A DNA stretch of 64,000 nt, taken from the NCBI GenBank assembly GCA_964513645.1, contig CAZENF010000001.1, positions 71,303 to 135,302 on the forward strand, in the 5' to 3' direction. The notes below the pieces were generated by a model. That model had not been told where the DNA came from. It worked only from the letters and a program-made list of their open reading frames with translations, and made no database searches. This stretch comes from an uncultured Candidatus Saccharibacteria bacterium (GTDB taxonomy: Bacteria; Patescibacteriota; Minisyncoccia; 2-02-FULL-40-12; GWA2-44-9). Positions 17,955 through 27,514 of this stretch are shown here, in pieces (position 1 is the first letter of the stretch; the number at the start of each line of letters is the position of its first letter). Made by a program: the position numbers and the translations under genes.

Positions 17955-18899
17955 TTACCACGATTTAGCTAAAAGCAAATCAACAGCTTCTTTTTTACCC
18001 TTAGTATCCATCAATTTAGCCCTGAACTCCTTGGCTCCGGGATAATTATTGATATATATCTTAAAAAATCTCTTCATAACATCAAAGTTCTTTCCTTCGG
18101 GCCAAAGTTTATCAAAATTATTGATATGCTTTAGCAATATCTTTACCCTCTCTTCCGGTTCGGCAACATCTCGGCCCGAGAAAAACCACGGATTTTGGAA
18201 TATTCCCCTGCCAACCATAATTCCGTCGAGACCGTATTGTTCGGCTTTTTGCTTTAGATCTTCCATGTTAACGACATCTCCGTTCCCGATAAATATTTTT
18301 CCTGAATTTCTAACGGTATCTAAAATTTTACCCAATTCATCCCAATGAGCCGGAACTTTGGACATTTCCTTGCGAGTCCGAGCATGAATTGATAAAGCTG
18401 TTATATCCGTATCGATAAGATGTTTCGGCCAATCAGGTTCAATCCTGTTGTAGCCAAGACGAGTTTTAACAGATACCGGAAGCGGACCCGCTCCACGAAT
18501 AGTTTCTTTGATAACCTTCTTTGCCAACTCCGGATCTTTTATCATCATCGCTCCGGCACCTTGTTTTTCCACCGACTTATCCGGACAACCCATGTTTATG
18601 TCTATTCCGTCAAAACCAAGTTCTTGGGCTAATTGGGCGCAGCGATACATGTTTTCAGGCACGGCTGAAAAGAACTGGACTACAATCGGCCTTTCGTTCT
18701 TTTCAAAATATAGTTCACCCCTGAATTTTTCTTTTCCAACCGCACATATCCCGTCGGCTGAAATAAATTCCGTGAAAAAAACATCCGGTCTCCCGGTTTC
18801 GATAATTATCTGCCTGAAGGCCCAATCGGTCACATTTGCCATCGGCGCCAGGACCGTAAAGGGCTTTTTTAACTTCTGCCAGAAATTATTCGTGGTCAT
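17955..18899 (-). CDS. dus: tRNA-dihydrouridine synthase
   Basis: LAPMA.VTD, TEF, GIDINMGCP, SVKTRLG, HARTR, GNGD, MVGRG. Confidence 0.95.
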   Translation of the reverse strand: MTTNNFWQKLKKPFTVLAPMANVTDWAFRQIIIETGRPDVFFTEFISADGICAVGKEKFRGELYFEKNERPIVVQFFSAVPENMYRCAQLAQELGFDGIDINMGCPDKSVEKQGAGAMMIKDPELAKKVIKETIRGAGPLPVSVKTRLGYNRIEPDWPKHLIDTDITALSIHARTRKEMSKVPAHWDELGKILDTVRNSGKIFIGNGDVVNMEDLKQKAEQYGLDGIMVGRGIFQNPWFFSGRDVAEPEERVKILLKHINNFDKLWPEGKNFDVMKRFFKIYINNYPGAKEFRAKLMDTKGKKEAVDLLLAKSW

Positions 18900-19130
18900 A
18901 GCAGAATTATATCCCTATCTCCGACCGGATGTCCAAAATCTCTGCGCATTTTGGCACCCTATCCCCTCGGCATTTCGAAGATCCGTTGTTAAGTCCGTGC
19001 TTATTTGTTACCGAAAATTATTCGTCAAAGCTCTAATTTTCGAACAAATGGGCACGACCGCCTTACGGCGCCTTATTGATGAGCCGAAATGCCTGCGGGA
19101 AATTCGGACTTAGAGATATAATTCTGCTAT
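18898..19130. repeat. ~230-bp imperfect palindrome with perfect 16-bp terminal inverted repeat
   Basis: ATAGCAGAATTATATC / GATATAATTCTGCTAT; GGCATTTCG/CGAAATGCC; CGAAAATTA/TAATTTTCG. Confidence 0.8.
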
Positions 19131-19233
19131 TTTGTTTAGCTATTTTAGTAAAAACATAGAATTTAACAGGAAAAAGCTAATCTTGTAATTACCCATAAAG
19201 CATGGTATAATGATAGCAAAGGATGGGGCTGAA

Positions 19234-19452
19234 ATGGAAAAAATCTACAATTACCCCGTATTCGGAACACAGGGCGGAGGACTGGTTCGAGAAGTCAGCC
19301 AGAATCTGTATCGCTACGTCTTCATCGAGAAGCCCGATTGTCCAGGACTGGACGTCGGCGACTTCATGCCTGAGCAGTGGGACATAATTCCCGCCAATCA
19401 GTCAGCTCGCGACCAGCTATTCGATGAGCAATTTGGCCCAAACGCCAACTAA
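19234..19452 (+). CDS. Small orphan hypothetical protein
   Basis: TATAAT upstream, ATG 19234, strong hairpin + T-run at 19453-19500. Confidence 0.65.
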   Translation: MEKIYNYPVFGTQGGGLVREVSQNLYRYVFIEKPDCPGLDVGDFMPEQWDIIPANQSARDQLFDEQFGPNAN

Positions 19453-19518
19453 CCTCGTGTAAGACAGAGACCTCGAGTCTCGTGTCTGGCACGGGGTTTT
19501 CTGTTTGATAAACAACCA

Positions 19519-19704
19519 ATAATTAAGCGAGGGGGACTGGCCATCTGAGACACTGGAGACCCCGAAATTGGACGATGGTATAATGTAGGCCGATAGGCCA
19601 CCATCGGACAATTTCCGGGCGATTGTAGCTGAGGTCGGATAACTCACGGAGGAGTTATCCGACCGGAGGCGTGTCGGAAGATGGCTGGTCTCTTGAGCAA
19701 TTAT
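19519..19704. repeat. Three-way-junction structured element downstream of holB
   Basis: GCCATCT/AGATGGC outer stem; CGATGGT/ACCATCG; perfect 13-bp GGTCGGATAACTC/GAGTTATCCGACC. Confidence 0.75.
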
Positions 19705-20540
19705 AAATTCAATAAAAAATTCTCAAGCGCCAGCCGATGATTGTATTGAGGCTGGGAGATGAGGCCTTGAAGCGAAAGCAGGTCTTTAATTATTTTTTCA
19801 TTCTTGGGCGATGCGGCAATATGAGCGGAAACCCAGCCGAGCCAATATTCAACCGTCGGGCGGTAGTTCTCGGATTCATTTAATTTTTTAGCGTAATCCA
19901 TTCTCTCATATACACCCGAATTCAATAATTTACGCAGGTCGTCAATTGCTTTTCTCGCATTATCTATCCCTTTCTCATTTATTAATTTTTCCATTAGGCC
20001 TATCCGGCCGCCGGCAAGTTTAAGTAAAAAATCTTTATCTTCTTGATTCACTTTTTTTCTGTCCAAATATAATCCCGCCTCTTTATCATTTGTGCAATTA
20101 AAAATAACTTTTTCGCACCTTGAAACTATTGTCGGCAATATCAGGCCCGGCAATGAACTGACAAGGATGATAACAGAGAAACCGGGCGGCTCTTCGAGAA
20201 GTTTCAAAAGCGCATTCGACGCCTCGCCTGTCATATTATGAACATCATCAATAAGAGCCATTTTGTAAGGCCCTTGAGGTTTGAGTTTGAAGAAGGATTT
20301 TAATTTTCTTATCTCGGTGATGGATATTTTGTGTTCTTCCTCTGAATCCGGACCAAGCTTGATAAAATCAGGTTCACTCGACAATTCACGGCCATTAAGT
20401 GAGCGCAAGAACTCGAGAGCAAAAGTCCTTTTGCCCGTCATTTCCGGACCGGTAAATAAATAGGCATGGGCAAGGTTGCCATTGGTCATGACATTATGAA
20501 AATATTTCTTCTGACGATTGTGACCGGTTATGTTTCCCAT
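19701..20540 (-). CDS. holB: DNA polymerase III delta-prime subunit
   Basis: HAYLF.GP...GK, ASNALLK.LEEPP, LPTIVSRC. Confidence 0.9.
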   Translation of the reverse strand: MGNITGHNRQKKYFHNVMTNGNLAHAYLFTGPEMTGKRTFALEFLRSLNGRELSSEPDFIKLGPDSEEEHKISITEIRKLKSFFKLKPQGPYKMALIDDVHNMTGEASNALLKLLEEPPGFSVIILVSSLPGLILPTIVSRCEKVIFNCTNDKEAGLYLDRKKVNQEDKDFLLKLAGGRIGLMEKLINEKGIDNARKAIDDLRKLLNSGVYERMDYAKKLNESENYRPTVEYWLGWVSAHIAASPKNEKIIKDLLSLQGLISQPQYNHRLALENFLLNL

Positions 20541-20546
20541 TATTGA

Positions 20547-21686
20547 TTAAATTTTTTGAAGACCTAAGAGCACAGCTGCTATTTTTTGTGCCGCATCCGG
20601 AGTGGCAAAGAAGCGTATCTTCTCACTAATCCTCATGTAATTTTCCGGATTAAGAATATGGTTCAGCTCGCGCATCATACTTTCACGATTAAAACCTTTT
20701 TCTTCTATCATTGCGGCTCCGTACAAACTGAACTCAAAAGCATTAAGATACTGATGATTTGCCGAAGACTGTGCAATGGGTATGATTATTGCCGGCTTGC
20801 CAAGTTGGGCTATTTCAAAAAGAGCTCCGGCACCTCCACGGGAAATAACAATATCCGATAACGAGTAGGCCATCGCAAGCTGATGTTCATTTAGAAAAGG
20901 ATCAAATCTGTAATATTTTCCGACCGGTTCCGAATATAGAGTCGTGCTTTCTTTCAATATTGTATTAAGAGTTGTTTTGACCGCCTGATACTGGTTTTCA
21001 CCACATTGATGAATAACGTTAAATTTTTCAACCATCACGATAACACTCGAAAGAACGACATCATTTATAAGTTTAGCCCCCTGGCTTCCACCGAGCACTA
21101 ATATTGTCGGTCTTGGTTCAGAAAGTTCAAAAAACCTCCTCGCTTCGTCCTTATTGCCCTGGATAAGGGATTTTCTGACCGGATTACCAGCAAAAACAAC
21201 CGTTTTGCCTTCAAAATATTTTTCCGCGGTTTTAAACGAAACAAAAACCATTTTAGCCATCCGGCCAAGAATCGAATTAGCCAGACCCGGAACCGAGTCA
21301 GATTCATGAACATAGACCGGAATGAAATAAAGTCTGGCAACTAAGACCGGCCCGAATGAATCATATCCGCCTTTCGAAAAAACTGCGTCCGGCATGAACA
21401 AAAAAATATAAAAAAGAGACTGGATAACGCTTAGGGGGATTTTAATGATATCGATCACTGTGAGGATGCTGAAATAGCGCCTTAATTTTCCAGCGCTTAT
21501 TTGCCTGAAAGGTATGCCGTCGTCTTGGGCCGCCCGGCGGATAAAACTTCCATCGCCGAGCATCATTAATTTAAGACTGATATTGTTTTGGGTCGCCTGT
21601 TGTTTTAATTCTCTGGCCACGGCAATAAGCGGATATGCATGTCCGCCCGAACCCCCGCCCACAAGTAATATGCGTTTTTCTTCCAT
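20547..21686 (-). CDS. murG: MurG GlcNAc transferase
   Basis: GGGSGGH.YP, SKGGY, HESD..PGLAN, GNPVR, GGSQGA, SRGGAG, HQ..NA. Confidence 0.95.
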   Translation of the reverse strand: MEEKRILLVGGGSGGHAYPLIAVARELKQQATQNNISLKLMMLGDGSFIRRAAQDDGIPFRQISAGKLRRYFSILTVIDIIKIPLSVIQSLFYIFLFMPDAVFSKGGYDSFGPVLVARLYFIPVYVHESDSVPGLANSILGRMAKMVFVSFKTAEKYFEGKTVVFAGNPVRKSLIQGNKDEARRFFELSEPRPTILVLGGSQGAKLINDVVLSSVIVMVEKFNVIHQCGENQYQAVKTTLNTILKESTTLYSEPVGKYYRFDPFLNEHQLAMAYSLSDIVISRGGAGALFEIAQLGKPAIIIPIAQSSANHQYLNAFEFSLYGAAMIEEKGFNRESMMRELNHILNPENYMRISEKIRFFATPDAAQKIAAVLLGLQKI

Positions 21687-21691
21687 TGCTT

Positions 21692-22234
21692 TTAAGGTTT
21701 CAGGACATCTTTGTCCTTTCCGTTAACCGTTACCTTAACATCATCAATGCCGGGAAATTGTTTCAGTGTTTCGGATATTTGAGAACGAAGAGCTTCAATC
21801 TTGCATGAACCGGCAACACCGGTATTAAATTTATCATTAAAATCAACCGTGGCAACCTTGTTCTCGATAGTAATATGTTCTAATTTGGAATCCTTATTAA
21901 GAAGGGTAAAATAGCCGTTATCTTTTTCATATCCAACCGGACCTTTTAAAAGTTCAGAAATGGCCAGATAAGAATACTCGGCCAAAGCCGTTCTTTTATT
22001 TTCCGAGAGACGGCTGACTGCCCTTTCAACCGGATAGGTCCTGCCGCAATTCGTCATCAAAGGATCCTGGATACTGTTGGGGAAAAATATTCGAACTGTG
22101 GAATATTCAAGTACAATAGGCGGTTTGGGGGCAATGATTTCCTGATTAGCGTTTTTGAGAAAATAAACTCCCAGAGTTGTGAAAACAAGTATGCCGAGGG
22201 CGAAAGAGATCAGTGCGATTTGGTATCTTTTCAC
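21692..22234 (-). CDS. GerMN-domain membrane-anchored protein
   Basis: ELLKGP, ATVDF, GSC, QI..TLKQF..I..V...VNG. Confidence 0.8.
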   Translation of the reverse strand: MKRYQIALISFALGILVFTTLGVYFLKNANQEIIAPKPPIVLEYSTVRIFFPNSIQDPLMTNCGRTYPVERAVSRLSENKRTALAEYSYLAISELLKGPVGYEKDNGYFTLLNKDSKLEHITIENKVATVDFNDKFNTGVAGSCKIEALRSQISETLKQFPGIDDVKVTVNGKDKDVLKP

Positions 22235-22241
22235 CTATTAA

Positions 22242-22505
22242 TTATAGCACCACTCCTTCTTGAGCTAAAATTCTCTTTTTCTTGTCAGAACCGCTGTTGA
22301 AGCCGCCGGCCGTACCGTCCGAACGGATGACACGGTGACAATAAACCTTGGAATTTCGGTTTTTATTCAGAATATTTCCCACTGCCCGATAAGCTTTCGG
22401 CCTTCCGGCAAGTTTGGCAACTTGTTTGTAGGTTAAAGTTTTACCTCTCGGTATTTTGGACGCTATTTCATAAACTTTTTGGGCAAATCCAGAAGGTATT
22501 GACAT
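22242..22505 (-). CDS. MGMT family (O6-methylguanine-DNA methyltransferase) single-domain protein
   Basis: IPRGK..TY..VA...G.P...RAVG, CHRV; start MSIP at 22505. Confidence 0.88.
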   Translation of the reverse strand: MSIPSGFAQKVYEIASKIPRGKTLTYKQVAKLAGRPKAYRAVGNILNKNRNSKVYCHRVIRSDGTAGGFNSGSDKKKRILAQEGVVL

Positions 22506-22530
22506 AATTAGAGTTTTACGGGACTTTTTT

Positions 22531-22863
22531 TTACTTAATTCCTGTTCCAGGTTTAACTTCCGATTCGAGTGCAAGCAAAACCGGGCCTGTTTCATTCGAA
22601 GCCGCAAGAAGCATGCCCTGGGATTCAAAACCCATAAGTTTTCTCGGTTCGAGATTGGCAACAACAACTATCTGTTTGCCGACGAGAATCTCCGGTTCGT
22701 AGGCCTTTCCTATACCTGCAACTAATTGACGCTTGCCCAATTCCCCCACATCTATCTGTAGTTTGACCAACTTATCCGAACCTTCAACCCTGACCGCTTC
22801 TAATATTTTTGCGGTTCTAAGTTCAATTTTTGAAAAATCTTCGTATTTTATGGTCTCGCTCAT
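22531..22863 (-). CDS. tRNA-binding OB-fold protein (MetG C-terminal/Trbp111/CsaA-like)
   Basis: DF.K.ELR, SDKL, RQLVAGI, NLEPRK.MG.ESQGMLLA. Confidence 0.92.
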   Translation of the reverse strand: MSETIKYEDFSKIELRTAKILEAVRVEGSDKLVKLQIDVGELGKRQLVAGIGKAYEPEILVGKQIVVVANLEPRKLMGFESQGMLLAASNETGPVLLALESEVKPGTGIK

Positions 22864-23435
22864 TTTATATATTTCTTAAACTCCGACCAAGATTTAAGTT
22901 TTGTATAATTATCGGCCTTGTCAAAAGCATTGAAAGGATCAAAAAGATACCTGTTGGGAACATCCGACAAAACATTAATGACTTTGAGCTCATCGTCAAT
23001 GTAATGAGTAAGGCCTAATTTTATGGCCTGGTTATTTTTATCTCTGGGCTCATTCACAAAGAAAGAGTTATTTCCATGGAAGTGTTTAGGCCACAATTTA
23101 TGCTTCTTCAGTATATTTATCGCCACTTCGGGTATTTTTCTTCTGGATATCAGAAAATATGGTATCTTCTTTTCATCAAGCGCGCTCAAGGTGGCCTTAA
23201 TACCTTTCATCAACGGGACGGAAAGGGCGATCTCTGAATTGTCATAAAGAAGTTTTTGAATCTCCTCCCAGACGATATGAGGCATCATTGTTTTAAGTAT
23301 CTCGGAAGGAGTATGCCCCAATTTAAGGTCAAATCCGAACCTTTTAGCAAGTTTTAATTTGACGTCGTAGTTATCCAAAATAACCCCGTCCATATCAAAA
23401 CCGATTATTTTTTTGTCCGGCTTGCTCTTAGTCAT
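22860..23435 (-). CDS. HAD-superfamily phosphatase (5'-nucleotidase-like)
   Basis: FDMDGV, ISRR, K, YIDD. Confidence 0.75.
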   Translation of the reverse strand: MTKSKPDKKIIGFDMDGVILDNYDVKLKLAKRFGFDLKLGHTPSEILKTMMPHIVWEEIQKLLYDNSEIALSVPLMKGIKATLSALDEKKIPYFLISRRKIPEVAINILKKHKLWPKHFHGNNSFFVNEPRDKNNQAIKLGLTHYIDDELKVINVLSDVPNRYLFDPFNAFDKADNYTKLKSWSEFKKYIK

Positions 23436-23490
23436 AGTATTCTATATATTAGAGCAGATATTGAACTTTTACAAATCGGTGAGAGACCGG

Positions 23491-24219
23491 ATGTCTAAAA
23501 ATAAAGACACCGAGCAAATTCTCGAACAAAAAGCCAAGAACATTCTTGAATACCTTAAGAGCAACCTCCGTTACGACAATGGTTTCTTGCCTAGACCTTT
23601 CATGATCGAATTCACCGGCCCTCCTTCAGCCGGCAAAACTACGACCATTAAAGAACTTTATGATTTTTTGAGGCCTTTGGGCTTCCGAGTCTGGCGACCC
23701 CAAGAAGGTGCCGAAAATATCCAGGACATTCCAAGAACAACCCCAATGTACAACATCGCCACTGCGATCTATTCTCTTGAAAAAATAATCCACGAGAGTT
23801 TCAGACATACTTACGATATAATCTTGTTCGACAGAGCTTTATTTGATGCTTATTGTTGGATGGAATACTGGCTCGAAAAAGAAAAATTGTCTTTAAATGA
23901 AAAAGGTCTGTTGCAGTCCTATTTTACTTTTGATTTTTTTACTAAAAACCTGGACCTTGTTTATTTTATGATCTGCGATTCACAAGTCGCGATCGAAAGA
24001 GAGATGCGAGTTGCTTTGAGCCGCAGACCGAGAGAAACAACCACTCCGGCGAGCATTGAAAGCAAGGTCAAACTTTGGCAAAAAGTTTACAAACTCCTCC
24101 ACCCTGTCCATCCCAATGTTAGATTGGTTAACACAACTGAAATGAATGAACAGGAAATGATCGAATTTGTTGCAAACGATGTTCTGACAGTTCTTGAAGC
24201 CAAGTCAAAACGCCTCTAA
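23491..24219 (+). CDS. Thymidylate/deoxynucleotide-kinase-like P-loop protein
   Basis: IEFTGPPSAGKTT, ILFDR..FD; terminator AAAACGCC/GGCGTTTTTT at the end. Confidence 0.7.
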   Translation: MSKNKDTEQILEQKAKNILEYLKSNLRYDNGFLPRPFMIEFTGPPSAGKTTTIKELYDFLRPLGFRVWRPQEGAENIQDIPRTTPMYNIATAIYSLEKIIHESFRHTYDIILFDRALFDAYCWMEYWLEKEKLSLNEKGLLQSYFTFDFFTKNLDLVYFMICDSQVAIEREMRVALSRRPRETTTPASIESKVKLWQKVYKLLHPVHPNVRLVNTTEMNEQEMIEFVANDVLTVLEAKSKRL

Positions 24220-24228
24220 GGGCGTTTT

Positions 24229-24909
24229 TTATTGAGATTCGGATTGGAAAGCGTTGCTCAAACATTGTACCAACTGATCGGTCGGGGTCCAACCGCATTG
24301 CCCATCAGGTTGGCGTTCGCATTTTGCCGTTTTATAACAGGCGTATTCCGGCTTCACTTCACAGGTAGTGGTAACATCCTGATCCGAACATATCTGACCG
24401 GAGCAACCGGTAATTTTACACCCGCCGGAAGTCGTCGAACCGGAAAGCCAGTTGTTCAGATCAAAAGTCACTGGAACCTTCAGTTCAGCGTCATTTTGAG
24501 CTAACCCTGAAGGATTATCCCTTTTAAGGACCAAGAATCCGCCGGTTGTGGAGGGTTTCTTAAATTCAAGCAATGCCTGGAAAGAAACAAAATTGTCGGT
24601 CATCCAGTCGCCTTGAGCTTTGGCAGGTACTGAACCCAATAAATTCATGTTTGAATCATATATTTGGACCGGGAACGAGGCCTCGAAATACCAATTACCT
24701 CTCGCTTGGCCGCTGACATTGACCGGACTCTTGATAAGTTCGGCCGGGCCTGGTTTTTCAAGTTTTATCATATCCGAAACATCTTTACCTGTCGGACTCG
24801 GAGTAGGAGAAAATTGGGTTATATTCGTTGAATTATTCGATGAACGAAGCACAAATAAAGCAGCGACAACCAGAAATACGACCAAGGTAATTATTATTTT
24901 ATTTTTCAT
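24229..24909 (-). CDS. Exported Gmad2 Ig-like domain plus Cys-cluster domain protein
   Basis: SP..VSG.ARG.WYFEASFP, DNPSGL; C...GCSGQIC...C...C...C...CGW...C. Confidence 0.8.
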   Translation of the reverse strand: MKNKIIITLVVFLVVAALFVLRSSNNSTNITQFSPTPSPTGKDVSDMIKLEKPGPAELIKSPVNVSGQARGNWYFEASFPVQIYDSNMNLLGSVPAKAQGDWMTDNFVSFQALLEFKKPSTTGGFLVLKRDNPSGLAQNDAELKVPVTFDLNNWLSGSTTSGGCKITGCSGQICSDQDVTTTCEVKPEYACYKTAKCERQPDGQCGWTPTDQLVQCLSNAFQSESQ

Positions 24910-24912
24910 AGA

Positions 24913-25380
24913 TTATTGAGAATTAAAACCAACCTGAAACCTTATAAAAATTATATTTCCGTTATTATCCTGGAAAGGTGTATCAATTGCCGGGGTAAAT
25001 ATTCCATCCCCACTGTCTTCATGAACCATTGCGTATAAGTACTCGCCACTTATTATCGGGTGGATAAGACCGATAAGAAATTTATCGGATTTTCCTGGTA
25101 AAAGCAGTCTGCTGTTACCGATTATCTTGCTAATATTACCACGGCTATCCTCTTCATAAATTACAACAAAACCCGCTTTTGTTAAAGATGCGGAATTCAC
25201 AACAACGGACGACCCTGGTCTTTGGACAGAAACATAAACATAGTTAGCTGGCAATTCTACAGGCTGGGAATTAATGGCGGTCTGTCCCGGAAGAAGCAAT
25301 GTTTTGCCGGCAAAAAAATTCTGATATATCAAGAGTCCACCGAGAATTATAAAAAGTGTGATGAGCAGAACTATCTTCAT
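24913..25380 (-). CDS. Exported hypothetical protein
   Basis: N-terminal TM; GFVVI, IG.S..L.PG, YAM.H.D.GDG.F. Confidence 0.7.
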   Translation of the reverse strand: MKIVLLITLFIILGGLLIYQNFFAGKTLLLPGQTAINSQPVELPANYVYVSVQRPGSSVVVNSASLTKAGFVVIYEEDSRGNISKIIGNSRLLLPGKSDKFLIGLIHPIISGEYLYAMVHEDSGDGIFTPAIDTPFQDNNGNIIFIRFQVGFNSQ

Positions 25381-26042
25381 TTTTTGAGAAGCTTATATAT
25401 TTCTTCGGATGTTTTTTGATCGATAAGCTGGACATCTGTGTTCTCTATCAAAGAAACTATATCCGGCCTTGACGATATCCTGACCCCTCTGACTGTTTTG
25501 GGTACGGAGTTAAGATCGGCTTTTAAACTTGAAAAGGCAATGACTGGGGTTACAATAAAATCACGACTAAGATTTTTCTTAAGAAATTGAGCCAAACTGT
25601 ATGATTTCTCGAGCGAACCTGTTATCAGGCCCTTCAAAACCTTCTCATTCTGAACCAATTCTTCTCCGTTAAAACTTATCATCCCACCGCTGTCTTTAAT
25701 GTTCACCAGCCAGACCCCGGAAGAACCGATCGCAATGTAATCAGCTTTGACATTGTTGGACAAAGAAACCTTCGAAGCTAGCTGGAAACCTTCGGATAAT
25801 TTATGAATATCGATCGAAAAATTAAGATTGTCGGTCATAAGCTGAATAGCGTGGCCGGTGCTCAAGATTATTTCTATCAGAACATCAAGAATTATAAAGA
25901 ATATTCCCAACCAGATAAAACGGGTTAGGGTTGTATAGCCCGTCAGGTCATAAAAAGGCCAAAGCCAGTTGGCCAATGCCGCCCCGACCACAGCCGCCAT
26001 CCCAATAAAGTACCAGAATAATTTTTTGAAATAACCGGCCAT
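25377..26042 (-). CDS. Membrane protein with degenerate NERD-like domain
   Basis: 2 TM then ADYIAIGSSGVWLVNIK (cf. NERD D..v.gp.G.f.iE.K). Confidence 0.55.
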   Translation of the reverse strand: MAGYFKKLFWYFIGMAAVVGAALANWLWPFYDLTGYTTLTRFIWLGIFFIILDVLIEIILSTGHAIQLMTDNLNFSIDIHKLSEGFQLASKVSLSNNVKADYIAIGSSGVWLVNIKDSGGMISFNGEELVQNEKVLKGLITGSLEKSYSLAQFLKKNLSRDFIVTPVIAFSSLKADLNSVPKTVRGVRISSRPDIVSLIENTDVQLIDQKTSEEIYKLLKK

Positions 26043-26359
26043 TACAATTTTTTCTTTACTTCCATTTCATAATCACTGAAACCGGCAGAAACCTCCGAAA
26101 CATCAAACTTTCTTTTGATCAGGTCTTTCGATCTTTTGGAGAGCAAAAATTCAAAGGTCATTTTAACCAGCTCTTCAGGTTCCACCCTGCGGCCGGTCAA
26201 AAGGGTCCAATATTCCCGGTTAACGTTTACTAGATATTCAGTCAAACCGTCCCCATGACCAAGTTCAACCAAAAAGGTCCAGCCGTTCGCACTCTGGCCT
26301 TCTTCGGTAACCTTCATTTCATCGTAATCTTCAGCAAATTCGGACATCTTTTGAAACAC
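26042..26359 (-). CDS. Hypothetical protein
   Basis: Intact ORF coupled to downstream gene; PEELV...FEFLL..F pattern. Confidence 0.65.
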   Translation of the reverse strand: MFQKMSEFAEDYDEMKVTEEGQSANGWTFLVELGHGDGLTEYLVNVNREYWTLLTGRRVEPEELVKMTFEFLLSKRSKDLIKRKFDVSEVSAGFSDYEMEVKKKL

Positions 26360-26388
26360 CCGGTATTAAGCCGGGATGCTTACTCACA

Positions 26389-27399
26389 TTATATCAATTT
26401 CCCCCTCCAATGAGAATCTATGTATGAGGCCGCTTCGCTTAATCTTAAGGATGTCGTACCGTTGCCGGTGCGGATAAAAAACTCTTCATTGACATCGTTT
26501 TGGAGGTAAGCAGGCTTTGAGGAAGGAAGGATCCTGACCAGACAACAATCCTTATTCCCGGCCCGGGTAAATTTAAGCTGGACAAACTGACGGTATTCAG
26601 GCCCGATCATAGAGTGAAAAACATTCGTAAAGTGATTCTCGAATCCGTCCGGGTTCTGTTTGGGCAATGAGCCATAATCATCTTCTAGACCGACAACGTT
26701 TCCTGAATCATTAACTCCTAATATCAGCTGCCCTCCGTTCGAGTTCATAAAAGCAACGATCGTTTTCATGACCGATCTCTCAAGATTCTTATTGACCTTG
26801 TTTTGCTTAAGATCCCATCTGAAGGAACTCTTGAATTCAAGCCGTTCGTGTTCACCACTGGAGATGATATCCTCGACTGTCATGTTATCTTTTTTATTGA
26901 GCGGATTCTCGGATGTATCCCTTAATTTACCCAGAAGTTCGACATAGTAACGAGGTTCGGGAATATTCTTTATCTGAAAATCTTTGATATTGCCACCGTG
27001 AAGGCTGACCGTTCCGTACTTGGTAAGTTTGGCCAAAGGGCCCTGGCTGTAGCTGATTGAACTGACATCTTTCATAGCCAAAACCGTTCTTTTCCTGAAA
27101 ATAATTCCCCGGGCATGAACTATTTTATCGGGCTTAATATCGTAATATTCCTTATACCAGCGGAAGAAAATATAAAACACCATCGAGGTTTCAAAAATAA
27201 ATATCCCCGCTGCTTCGGCAATATGAAAAGAAAGCAGTCTGGCAATCGGTAAACCACGGTATATTTTGACATAGTCCCCCATTACCGCAACAATGAAAAA
27301 AGCGGCAACAGCCGCCACCTGAAGCACAATAAAATTCTTGACTATAACTACCGGGCTTTTCTTTATCAAAATCGATGAATTGAAGCCGGTCTCATTCAT
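26389..27399 (-). CDS. 2TM-bPH domain fused to AlbA_2 (Schlafen-like) domain
   Basis: RGII.RK...QG......YGTV (bPH_2); GE...LEFKSS, AF.N..GG.L..GV.D, R.G..T (AlbA_2); likely start 27399. Confidence 0.8.
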   Translation of the reverse strand: MNETGFNSSILIKKSPVVIVKNFIVLQVAAVAAFFIVAVMGDYVKIYRGLPIARLLSFHIAEAAGIFIFETSMVFYIFFRWYKEYYDIKPDKIVHARGIIFRKRTVLAMKDVSSISYSQGPLAKLTKYGTVSLHGGNIKDFQIKNIPEPRYYVELLGKLRDTSENPLNKKDNMTVEDIISSGEHERLEFKSSFRWDLKQNKVNKNLERSVMKTIVAFMNSNGGQLILGVNDSGNVVGLEDDYGSLPKQNPDGFENHFTNVFHSMIGPEYRQFVQLKFTRAGNKDCCLVRILPSSKPAYLQNDVNEEFFIRTGNGTTSLRLSEAASYIDSHWRGKLI

Positions 27400-27514
27400 A
27401 GATGTATTATGTATTTTTTTTAACGGAAGACAAGGGCAATAATCAACGCTAACCTTGACCGGAACAAAATTTAATATTATCATATAGACGGCGTTCCTTA
27501 ACTAAGGAGACGAC

